This document shows positions 34,082-45,600 of a stretch of DNA of 58,497 bases, one piece after another. The notes under the pieces are model-generated. The model was not told where the DNA came from, ran no database searches, and was given only the letters and a program-made list of their open reading frames with translations. Source of the stretch: Candidatus Dojkabacteria bacterium (GTDB lineage: Bacteria; Patescibacteriota; Dojkabacteria; J137); NCBI GenBank assembly GCA_025061805.1, contig JANWZV010000001.1:1-58497 (forward strand). The letters run 5' to 3'. Numbering within the stretch: the first letter of the stretch is position 1; each line of letters opens with the position of its first letter. The position numbers were made by a program, and so were the translations under genes.

Positions 34082-34168
34082 GCGGGAATGGCGGAACTGG
34101 CAGACGCGACAGACTCAAAATCTGTTGATCGAAAGATCGTGGGGGTTCAAGTCCCCCTTCCCGCACCA
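34082..34168 (+). tRNA. tRNA-Leu (anticodon CAA), type II with a long variable arm and an encoded CCA
   Basis: Hand-folded. Acceptor gcgggaa/ttcccgc. D stem gcg/cgc. Anticodon stem acaga/tctgt with loop ctCAAaa. Variable arm gatc-gaaa-gatc. T stem ggggg/ccccc with loop ttcaagt. The 3' end is ACCA. Confidence 0.9.
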
Positions 34169-34492
34169 AATATTGTTTTATACGAATTTTCAGTATTATA
34201 AAATTCTAGATTGTAAAAATAATGATCATATAATATGATTTTTGTTTTTTTTATTTTTTTCAATTATGAGTTTATTTTTTCTATATTTTGATTTTTTTTA
34301 TAAATGCGATAAATTGCAAATAATGAGCGTCTATTAAAAAAGTAGGGCTTTCGATATTTATTATTTGTCAAATTATCGACAATTTATAAGAAAATGAATT
34401 AACGAATATAATTTTATTTTTTTTTGATATCGTTCAAAACATGAACAAATTTTTTTTATTATAATAAATATTTGTTAAAAAGAGAAAAAAAC

Positions 34493-34987
34493 ATGGAAAA
34501 TAACTTTCAAAAATCAGTGAATGAAGTTTTTAAATTCTTGAAAAAAACAGCAGATAAATTGAACATAAGAACATTGGACGATTCTGATTTTTTGGATCAA
34601 GCAAGAAGAATAGTGAAAAATGAAATAGTATTGAAAAAAACATCTTCTCAAAAAATTTTAAAACCAATTATGAATCAATCTACGCCTGTTAGCACGAAGA
34701 TAGGATATTATCTTTCTTCTATAATTGAATCTTTGCCTCTTAGAGATAAAGTTTTATATATTATAGGGGCTAGAATACTGGATAAACTGGAAGAATATAA
34801 TTATAATAAAAATGTTGCTTATTTTTTGAATTCAGATGAAATAAACAAATTTTTAAAATTTATGTTTACTAGATTCAAAACACATATAGCAGAGTCTTTG
34901 AAAAATAATTATAAAAATTCATTGCTGAATGAAGAATATCAAAATATAGTAAGATGGACTAAAAGTTTTAATTTAAAAAAAAAGTAA
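34493..34987 (+). CDS. Hypothetical protein whose stop codon immediately follows an A_AAA_AAG slippery heptamer
   Basis: The ORF ends ..AAT TTA AAA AAA AAG TAA. The ATG at 34493 is preferred to the TTG at 34472. Confidence 0.6.
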   Translation: MENNFQKSVNEVFKFLKKTADKLNIRTLDDSDFLDQARRIVKNEIVLKKTSSQKILKPIMNQSTPVSTKIGYYLSSIIESLPLRDKVLYIIGARILDKLEEYNYNKNVAYFLNSDEINKFLKFMFTRFKTHIAESLKNNYKNSLLNEEYQNIVRWTKSFNLKKK

Positions 34988-35223
34988 AAGAGAGCGATAT
35001 AATTCTTAGAAATCCAGGTAGAGAATTAATACATTCTGTTTCTACACCATCAGAACAAACATATAAAAGATTAAAAAAAGATTTTTTTATCTTATATAGA
35101 AAAAATAAAGATATCACTCTAGAAGATTTGATACAATTTTCACTTGAATGGAAAGAACTATTTGATTTTAATCATGCATTAGCTTTCAATATTTTTGAAA
35201 GGCTAAAATTAAATTTTAAATAA
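34984..35223 (+). CDS. Start-less 79-codon open frame in the -1 phase, probably the C-terminal extension of the preceding ORF
   Basis: VKESDIILRNPGRELIHSVSTPSEQTYKRLKKDFFILYRKNKDITLEDLIQFSLEWKELFDFNHALAFNIFERLKLNFK* has no in-frame start near its 5' end. The -1 frame opens at 34972, exactly at the A9 run. Confidence 0.5.
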   Translation, partial: VKESDIILRNPGRELIHSVSTPSEQTYKRLKKDFFILYRKNKDITLEDLIQFSLEWKELFDFNHALAFNIFERLKLNFK

Positions 35224-35286
35224 CAAAAAATATTTTATTGACTCTAGATATATTATTCTTTAATATACAAAAAAAGGAGAAAAAAT

Positions 35287-36366
35287 ATGAATAGATTAGA
35301 AATGATAAGGGAAAAATTGAGAACCCAGCTTTCTCAAAAAGAAAGCATCGGGGGAGACAAGTCGGTTTATCCGTTTTGGAATTTGAATGATGGGGAATCA
35401 AGCGAAATACGATTCTTGCCGGATGGTAATCCAGATAATACTTTCTTTTGGATTGAAAAATCGGTAATCCGATTACCATTCAATGGCACAATAAATGGTC
35501 AAAATAATACGGATAAAGAAGTTTATGTTCAAGTTCCATGCATGGAAATGTATGGAAAGACCTGTCCTATATTGCAAGAAACAAAGCCATGGTGGAATGA
35601 TAGCGAGTTAAAAGAACTCGCAAGAGTTTACTGGAGGAAAAAGACATATCTTTTTCATGGTTTTATAGTGAAAGATGGTCTCAATGAAGAAAATCAACCA
35701 GAAAATCCTATAAGAAAGTTTATGATAAATGTATCTATTTTTGAAATCATCAAAAATACTCTAATGGATCCTGATATTGAAGATTTAGTTGTTGATTTTG
35801 AAAAAGGAAGAGATTTTAGAATTCAAAAAACAAAAAAAGGTCAACAATATTCTGATTACTCTACATCGAGATTTGTCATAAAAACAAGGCCTTTGTCTTC
35901 GAGAGAAAGGGAAGCTATCAATGAATATGGTTTGCCGGATTTAAGAACTTATCTTCCTCCGCAGCCTGACAATAAAACACTAAATGTTATCATGGATATG
36001 TTTCATGCTTCAGTGAATGGAGAAGCCTATGATTTCAATAAGTGGGGAGACTTTTATAAACCCATGAATTTCCAGGCACCGGATTTGATTCAAAATGAAA
36101 GCACGAAAAATAAATTGATCCAAATTAAATCGTTAAGTAAAAAAGATACAACTGAATTTGAAAACGTATCTTCAAAAAGAAAAAATATCGTAGAAAATGA
36201 ATCTCAAGAGGATGAAGAGTTTGAACACGATAAAGAAGTTGTTTCGGTTTCACCAGTCGTTGTAAAATCTAAAGTAGAAGATGAAAATGATACGAATAGT
36301 GTAGAAGAAGAAAAAACACGAAGAATATTGGAAATGATAAAAAGGGCAAAAAATAGACAATCATAA
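35287..36366 (+). CDS. Single-stranded DNA-binding protein (T4 gp32-like)
   Basis: SSEIRFLPDGNPDN compares with gp32 AVIRFLPSKND. It has a Cys cluster VPCMEMYGKTCP and an acidic, S/E/D-rich C-terminal tail. Confidence 0.65.
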   Translation: MNRLEMIREKLRTQLSQKESIGGDKSVYPFWNLNDGESSEIRFLPDGNPDNTFFWIEKSVIRLPFNGTINGQNNTDKEVYVQVPCMEMYGKTCPILQETKPWWNDSELKELARVYWRKKTYLFHGFIVKDGLNEENQPENPIRKFMINVSIFEIIKNTLMDPDIEDLVVDFEKGRDFRIQKTKKGQQYSDYSTSRFVIKTRPLSSREREAINEYGLPDLRTYLPPQPDNKTLNVIMDMFHASVNGEAYDFNKWGDFYKPMNFQAPDLIQNESTKNKLIQIKSLSKKDTTEFENVSSKRKNIVENESQEDEEFEHDKEVVSVSPVVVKSKVEDENDTNSVEEEKTRRILEMIKRAKNRQS

Positions 36367-36392
36367 GAACAAAAATTTATCATCATTCGAAA

Positions 36393-36418
36393 GGGCAGAT
36401 GAAAATCTGCCCTTTTTT
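36393..36418 (+). terminator. Rho-independent terminator after the SSB gene
   Basis: GGGCAGAT, gaaa, ATCTGCCC, then TTTTTT. Confidence 0.8.
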
Positions 36419-36436
36419 ATTTCATAAATAATATAT

Positions 36437-36625
36437 ATGAAAAAAATATTTTTGAATTTAAATATGAATTATCTGTTGGAAAAATATGAACCGACAAATA
36501 AAATATTATGGGGAAGGGCAAAAGCAGAAGCGAAAAAAAGGTTTAAGGTTTATCCCTCTGCGTATGCCAATGCATGGGCAGCAAAAAAATATAAAGAGTG
36601 GGGCGGAACCTGGAAAAAAGTTTGA
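36437..36625 (+). CDS. Small conserved hypothetical protein (motif YPSAYANAWAAKKYKEWGG)
   Basis: I recall seeing this motif in small phage/large-virus proteins. No function is known to me. Confidence 0.5.
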   Translation: MKKIFLNLNMNYLLEKYEPTNKILWGRAKAEAKKRFKVYPSAYANAWAAKKYKEWGGTWKKV

Positions 36626-36679
36626 AATATTAGCGCGATTTGTTGTTGATGTCTTTTAAAAAACAGTATTTTTTTGATA

Positions 36680-36689
36680 ATAAATATTT
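36680..36689 (+). promoter_or_regulatory. ATAAATATTT box, 10 nt upstream of the giant-ORF ATG at 36700
   Basis: Exact 10-mer. Confidence 0.35.
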
Positions 36690-36699
36690 TTTATAAAAA

Positions 36700-39600
36700 A
36701 TGTCAGAAGAAAACAAAAAAGTAATAAATCTCTTACCATCTACTTATAAAACGAGATTTTTGGAAAATTTATTTACGAATTCTTTTGATAATCTTTTTGA
36801 TAAAGGAAATAGCGAGTTTTTGGATGGTTTTATTGGTAAGATAACAAGTTATTACGAAAAAAATTCACAAAATTATATAAAAGAAAAAGATATCAATAGG
36901 ACAATATATCAATTTGAACCGATTGTAATTAGTAAAAACGGAAATAATGAGAATTTTAGTTTGTTTTATGAATGTTTCTTGAATTCAATAAAATTGAATG
37001 GTGGCTTCATAGAAAATCAAAACAGGTTATTTGAAAATTATTATTATTCTTGGTGTCCACCTATAGATATTGATAAATTTATGAATTTCAAAGAATACTT
37101 TTGGTTAAAAGATGGCCCGACATTCAGGTATGCTGGATATAAAATACATGAATATGTATCTAATGGAACAGATACCATATATAATTTTGATTTACCTTAT
37201 ATTAATCAGAATGAAATAATTGTTACTGTCGATGATGTGTTACAAAACCTAGGAGTGGATTACGTTATTCAGAATAGATCCGTAGTTTTTAATACTTCCC
37301 CTCCCGTAGACAGTAAAATAAAAATAATATCTTACAAGATCATAGGATATGAAATTTATGTTTCTGATGGTGTCAATAAAAAATATAAAGTTCCTCTGAT
37401 ATGTAAGAAAAAAGAGGATATTATAGTTTTCATAAACAATATATTGACTACTTCTGGTTTTTCCATAGTTGAAGAAAATGGAGAATTTTATGTTATTTTC
37501 GATAATCCTGTGATAGTTGGTTCAAATATAGAAATAATAGTATATAAAATATTGAATGTATTAGAAGATATTTTGGGTAGAAAGCACATAAAGGATATAA
37601 ATGGTTATTATTATTCTTCCAATATGAAAATAGTTTTTTCTTATAATGTTTTTCCTTCCGTATATAACTCTGGAGAATGGATAATAGAAGGAGTAGGCAG
37701 AGAAATAAGGCTTGCTTTTGATGGTACTGGATCAAGCTTGACTTCTGGATGGGATTTGTTTTTATGGGATAGTATAGCGTGGGATAATGATTTGTTCGTA
37801 AATTTTTATCCTCTTTCGGCGCTTATAAAAAGCGATATACCTGAATATGAAACAATAGAAAGAACATCCTTAAATAATAATCCATGGAGTAGAACCAATA
37901 GATGGTTCCATTATGATGTTCTGACTCCAGAAGATAGAAAGAAAGCTATACAAGCTAAAAGACCTATAATTGAATTTGAAAGAGATTTGGAACTTTATAA
38001 TTATGGGAGATATTTTAGGGGATTTGTTGATTTAGTGATTAACGATATGAAGGATCCCATAAATAGTTTTCTTAATGCTTTAAATGTAAATAAAATAAAT
38101 CCATATTGCATATCCGCGATTTCAATAAATTCTCCTGGTTCAGGATATACCAATTTAGGCGGAAATGGTGAAGTTGTGTGCAATGTTGTTGGCGGTACCG
38201 GAACTGCTGCTCAAGTAAAAGTAACTTTGACATCTGGGCAAGTTACAGCCGTACAATTAGTAACAAAAGGAGAATATACGACTATACCGGTCGGTCCTGT
38301 TACTGTGGACACTCTAGTGGGTGGCTCGGGCGCTAGTTTCAATGTTGAATACAATGAAATAAATACTTCTTTTTTCATAAAATCTTTGGTTTGGCCAAAT
38401 TCTTATCTAGGAGAATCCGAAATATTTTATGGAAACATCAAAATAAAAGATGGGATGAGAATTCTCGTTTTGAATAGTAATACATCGGATAAAAATAAAG
38501 TTTTCAAGGTAAGTGGAATAGCTGGCTTGGGTTCTCCTAATTTGCTTTTGGAAACCGATGGAATATTGACCAATGGTGATCCGTTCGAGGGAGAAATTCT
38601 TTATGTAAAGGATGGAATATTCAAAGAAAATGAATTTTATTTCGATGGAATATCTTGGAATATATCTCAAATTAAAAATTTTGGTAACCCTCCTTTGTTT
38701 CAATTATATGATGCGGATCCGATCAATAACTATGGTGTGAAATTGAATGATTCCGTAAGATATCCAAATAGTGATTTCAATGGAAATAAGATATTTTCTT
38801 ATGCTGAGGGAGAAGGAAAAAAAGATAAAGTATTAAATAAGAAACTTAAATATGACAAAAATGGTGAAATTGTTTTCGTTTTTAATTTAGTGACTGATAG
38901 ATATCAATATTCAGACGGAGAGATAAAAGGGTTTTATTTTTATAATAAATTAGGAAAGACAAAAGAAAAAGACGAGTTTTACAATTCTTGGCATAGAAAA
39001 AACAAGAAAAGTAAACAAAATTATTATAATAGATTGATTTCGGATGTCGATGGAATAAAAATATTTGAAGTAAATTGGAAAATAAACAAAATAGAAGAAA
39101 TTTACATAAACGGCAAGAAAGTAAATTATACTTATTTGATTGATACAAACAAAACAATAATAAATCTACAAAATTTGTTGGAAAAAAATGATATTATAGA
39201 AATTATATCCGTGTATGATGAAGATTCAAGAAATGGAAATTTTGAAATACCGCAGAATTTATCAAAAAATCCTAACTTTGAAGAAGTTACTTTTCTTTCC
39301 AAGACTAATTATGGTATTCATTTCAATGAAAATATTCAAGAAAACTTATCGACTGTAAAATTTGTAAATCCTGGACAATATTATAGTAAAAACAAATATC
39401 GAGATAGCGAAAAAAATTGGTCTTTTGGTGAACAAATAATACAAAACGAAGAGTCTATTTTGAAAGCTTCGTTGATTTTTTCAAAAAGTGAATTGAATAT
39501 TTTTGATTCTATAGATTATTTGTCTAGAGAATATAATAGATTTTTCAATAAATTTATTCAAAAATTAAATTATTTTTATACCGAAAATATATTGAATCAA

Positions 39601-42600
39601 TTGGATCCTCCGGGAAAATGGGTAGAAGAAATACTGAAAGAACTTAATAAAAATAAAACCAACGATTTTCCTTTTTATAGATCTCTTTTTGGAGATATTA
39701 ATAATTTTATTCCTCCGTCGTTGAGTTATTTGGGAATTTTACAAACTTATTATCCTATAAAATTTATAGATACTTCCTTACAAGAACCTCTGGAATTTAT
39801 ATTATGCCACGATGGAAGTTTAATAAAATCTTTTGGAGATTTTAGGGATGATGTAATTTTGGAATTGGAGATATTTCTATACAATTCTATAGAAAGTAAA
39901 TTCAAGAACGAAAATCTTTTTGAGTTTTCTATTTTTGATGTCTTGCCGGGAAAATGGAGAAAAACAGATTATAATATGAATGAAATAAATTCTATATTAT
40001 CGAGATATTTTGAGATATGGTGTTTGCAAAATAATATTTCTTATAGAAACAATGTTACTTATTCGGCTGATAATTATTGGTCGTTCAATTTTAGAAACGC
40101 AAAATCTACTCTAGGTGATGTTTTGAATGGTTCTTGGAGAGCAATATATCATTATTATTATGATACCGATAGACCACATCTATTTCCTTGGGAAATGTTA
40201 GGTTTTTCGGAAAAACCAGGATGGTGGGATTCCGAATATGGTCCTCCTCCTTATACTTCATTGAACTTGAAACTGTGGGAGGATTTAAGAGATGGCAGAA
40301 TAAGAAATGGGCCAAGAAAAGGCATAGATAAACGATTTGCTAGACCAGAATTATTGAAGATTCTACCGGTTGATGAACTGGGGAATCTATTGAATCCATT
40401 TGAAGCAAAAATTTTCGATAATTCTGTTTTATCCAATGATTTCAGTGAAGATTGGAAATTCGGAGATTATGGTCCGGTAGAAAATGCATGGAGAAGAACA
40501 AAATTTTATAGATTTGATTTGCTGAAACTTCTTCTTCTAACTAAACCCTTAAAATCAGTAGAGTTATTTTGGGACACCAAAAACATAAAAAGAATTTACA
40601 ACGATAAAGAAAAAACGAATCAATTGGTCAATATTCTTTATAAATCTAGGCCTAAACATGAATTGTATCAAGTCTTTGGGGAAAGAAATGATGTTCTTGG
40701 CTTGCAGAATATCATAACACATTATCTTGAAAAAGATTCGAAAGATATAAAAACTTTTTATGGGGATTTTATAAGAAACTTGAATGTAAAGTTGGGTTAT
40801 AGATTTGGTAGTTTCATAAATTCCGAATTTTTATCTGTTTTTTCAGAAACATACGGATTTTTACCAAAAGAAGATATAAATGTATTTTTATACGAAAGCA
40901 TACCTTTTAAAGAAACATTTTATTCCGGAATATTAGTAAGGAACTTAGGAAACAATATTTTTCAGGTTTTTGGATATGATGTTCTTGATCCGAATTTCAA
41001 GATCATTAAAGGATCTTCTTCCGGAAGAAAAAAAGATATTTCGATATTTTTAAATAATAATATTTTACCCAAAAAATGGAATCCTAATACTGAATATAAC
41101 GTCGGCGATTACGTTTATTACGAAAATGATGCTTATAAGGCAATAAAAGCACATAAATCTTCAAAAAATTTCGAAGATGATTTGAATAAATGGAAATTGC
41201 ATTCTGATACGGTAGAAAATATATTTTTCGTTGTTAATAAAAAATTAGATGTAGAAAAAGAACAAATAACGAAATTTGGTTATGGTAGTATTATTTTTGG
41301 TATTCAAGATTTGGTTGATTTCATTTTTGATTATGAAAGATACCTTCTACGCGAAGGTTGGATTTTCGATGAATATGTATTCAACGAAGAAACCGGCGAA
41401 GGAGTTATTTTTGATTTTGAATATTCGGTTAAAGAATTGTTGAAATGGATCATTTCAGAACCCCCGGTTAATTCTATATTTGCTATTTCTCCTTTTTCTA
41501 AAAAAGCAAGATTCAAAACAGATTTCGGATATATAAAATCAATAAATGATTATCTGAAAAGTAGGTATAGCATACTCAATAGAGATGGGTCGATAGTTAA
41601 TACGGAAAATTTCATAATTTTTAGATTGAATGATTTCTTTGAAATAGAAGCAAAAGAATTAAGCGAAGTTAATAATATTTATGGGTTAAGATTATTATTA
41701 AATTCTTTTGAGCATGCTTTTTATGTAAATAACAAAACAATATTTGGTGATATAATTTTTGATCCTTTATATAATCAAAGACAAAATAGATTGAAAATTT
41801 CTACTTTCAGAACAAAGAACTGGAATGGTAGAGTTACTTCTCCTGGATTCATAATAACCGAAAATACAATAAAGCCGAATTTCGATAAATCTGCGGATAA
41901 CTTCAGAAGGTTTTTTGACTTGAATAATCAAGTCGAAGATAAGAAATTAAGAGATTATGCAAACCATAATATAGCATATCAGTCTAGATCTTATCTTAGA
42001 AATTTAATTTTAAGTGATACCAGTCAGATAGATTTTTATAGGGGTTTGATAAGACAAAAAGGTTCTAGCAATTCTATCACTAAAATATTGAGGTCTAATT
42101 ACATTTCTAATTTTGCCAATTTTAAATTCTATGAAAATTGGGCTTTCAGAATAGGAGAATTTGGAAATTATGATGAAAAAAATAAGATAGAAATAAGCTA
42201 TCCTGTAAGTTTGAAAAAGAGTGATGTTCAATATTTCAAGTTTGATATAATAAACAAGGATACGTGGAAAACTCTCATTGATATATCTACCGGAGATTAT
42301 GATATAGAAATTTATGGGGAAAAATTAAAGAAATTGGATTTGGATTCAAAAAATGATGACATAATTTACGTTTATGATTTTAAATCTAAAAAATACAAAG
42401 TACAAAATGATTCTTTGATACAACCCATAATAATAAATGGTGGTTCCAATTTCGAACCAAATAAAAATTTCTTGGTCATTTATGATACCAAATATGCAGA
42501 TAAGACTGCAAAGTTTTTACTGTCTTCTAATTCATCTGGTCAAATTTCTTCCGTTGTTCTATATGAAGAAGGAGAATATAAAAGCGTAGATACGATAGGA

Positions 42601-45600
42601 TTTTTCGATATAACAGAAAATGAATTGAAAGGAGAAAATTGGCCAAATCAAGGAAGAGATTTTGTTCTAAGAATAAAATTCATAGAAACCAATGATGAGT
42701 TTATTTCGGTAAAGAATAAGTTATGGAAAATAAGACAAGAAGAAGATTATCCATTTTATGAAGATTATGAGTCTTCTTATAAATCCGTGGACAATGTTGA
42801 TTTCAGATTCATCCCGAATGCCGGATTTGTTCTAGAAAATGAAACAAATTATTCAGATTTTTACATCAATGATATCTTAAAGCCTATTGATTTTGAAAAT
42901 TTAGAAACTTTTACGCCTGATCTTTTGAATAATGTTCCTGTTTTTAGACCCGACGAGACTTTATGGATTTATTCTTCTCCTGGCAGCAATTCTTATTTCA
43001 ATGAAAATTATTTGGGAGATTGGACTGTTGCAAGAGTAGTCGATCAAAATTTCAAAATACATGCATACTTGGAAAGCGACCCTTCATTCAATTGTCCTTT
43101 GGTTGTCAATTCCATACCAAATGATTATGTCCAATATATCGGAAACGGTTCAAATACGACATTTTTGATACCTTTTATTTTCTATAAAAACTCAGATTTG
43201 GTTGTTTTGATAAACGGAAAAATATTAGATAATACCAATTATAATATAGTAGGAAACAATATAATATTCAATACTGCTCCTACAAACAATGCCAGAATAG
43301 AAATATCTAGAAAAGGACTTTGGATATATCAAACAGATGGAAGATTTAAAGGCTGGACTCAAGTTTTTTATTCAGGAAAATTCAATTTCAACCGTTTTGT
43401 TTCTATAGGGGAAGAACTTAAAAAAGATGTCAATATTGCCGATTATGTCATAGTTGCTTCGGGAATAGAATGTTTTAGATTTGGTTCTTTGGGTCAAAAT
43501 TATGTTCCAGGTGATATTCTTACGCTTTCAGGTGGTACTCTTGCTCCTGGAGGTAATCCGGCTACATTTAGAGTTAATAACGTATATACTACTTATGTTT
43601 CCTCTGTTTCTGTATTGTCCGGCGGTTCTGGATATCCACCTAACCAAACCTTCAATAACGTCAGATTAATAGGAGGACAGGGGGCCGAGGCACTTGTAAA
43701 TGTCACTACTGATGCCTTTGGATCTGTCTCTACTGTCTCGATATCAGGCAACAATTACGGTTCATATCAAGTCAATCCTCTTGGAAATATATGTACTTTG
43801 GATTTAACTCCTGGATCCGGCGCACAGATATTGGTGACAATGCAAGCATATACTTATGCAAACACGATAACGTTAGTTAACGGTGGAACCGGTTATTCGA
43901 TAGACGATGTTCTCGAAATAGTCGAGTCTTCTTCTTATTCCCTTGAACAAATAAGAATTGCTGTAACGGAAGTAGATCAATTCGGGTCGATAACAAAATT
44001 CCAGATAGTTTCTAGGGGTCAATTTATACCTTCTACTTTTCTTCCACAACCACTGTCTACGAATGTTGTGGCTCCTCCTTTCTCTAATGGATCCGGAGCT
44101 ACTTTCAATGTCACTTATGGAAATAATCCTCACGTTTTAAGAGATATAGATATTATTTTCCCGGGAAATTATATATCTGTTTCTACTTCGGTACCATATG
44201 CTCTTACGGGCGGTTCTGGCACAGGCGCTTCTGTTTTCGTGGAAATAAAGGAAGAAGGGTTTTTGATAGGATATGAAGAAAAGGTAAAACCAGGAGATTG
44301 GTTGGTATTTATTTCCAGAAAATGGCAGAGAACAGTTCCCAATCTCACGGATTATATAGTTATCAAGGCATCTAATTTGGAATTGGAATTCTTTGATCCG
44401 AATATTTTATCCAATTTGGTTCCAATAGATTTTTATACCTTAAGAGAAATAAAATTTGATACATACAACGATGTTTTGACAAATTATGTTTTGCCCAATA
44501 ATAATTCTAAAGCGTTTGTTTTGAATCTTAATTCGTTTTTGAACAATAATCTCAATTTATGGGGAGTTTTGAGATATAATGGAACGAATTGGTTGTTAGA
44601 TAGGGCACAGAATAAAAGAGTAAGGCATGATAGATATATATCTGGATTCATTTATGATAAAAATCAAAATATTGTAATTTCGGATGTTGAATATTATGAT
44701 CCTTATAATGGAAGATTATTAAGCGACATAAGAGAAAATGTAGATATATTTTCTGATGAAGATCCTGCTATTTATGGACAAGAAAGAAATTCTTGGCTTT
44801 ATGACAAAGTTGGTACTATTTGGTGGAATCTAAAAGAATATAGAATATTGGATTATGAACAATCCGATTCTTCGTATAGAAGAAAAAATTGGGGAAAACC
44901 AGTAAAAAACAGCAAAATAGAAGTATATGAATGGATAAGAAGTGACTTAAAACCGACAGAATTCAAAAATAGGCTAGAATCTTTCACAGAAAGAGATTTG
45001 TTTCCAGGAGAACCAGTATTCGAAGACAAATTCAACGAATCTTTTGAATTTGATCCCATTTTCAATAGGAGTATCAAGTATTACTATTTCTGGGTAAGAA
45101 AAAGACAAATAGTGAACGATAAGAAAAAATTAAGTATTAAACAAATTTCAGACTTGATAAACAACCCGAATATTTCTTTAAAGCCCTGGTTTGCAGGTAT
45201 ATCCAAAGATGGAATGATAATTTATGAACCAGGAAATGTATTAAGTGATGATACGATATTTCAGATAATATATACCAAAAACGAAAAAACAAAAGATTAT
45301 AATAATCATACACAATGGGTTTTGGTTCCTGAAAAAAGCGATACTTTCGATATTCCAAAAAGGCTTCTCAACAAATTGAGAGATTCTTTATGTGGTTTTG
45401 ACGATTATGGCGAAAAGAAAGAATTGTTCGAAACAAAAAGAAAAATATTGGATAATGTGACTATTTTGAATTCTGGTTCTGGTTATAACAACGGAAATTT
45501 CATTGCTACGGTTTCAGGTGGAACATTTATTGTTCCTGCAACGCTTAGTGTAACAGTAAGTGGCGGTCAAGTTGTTTCTTGTTCCATACTTAATCCAGGA

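Noticed and set aside
35216-35479. 87-aa minus-strand ORF
   Set aside because: It overlaps the SSB start and the -1 frame extension, and it has no supporting signals.
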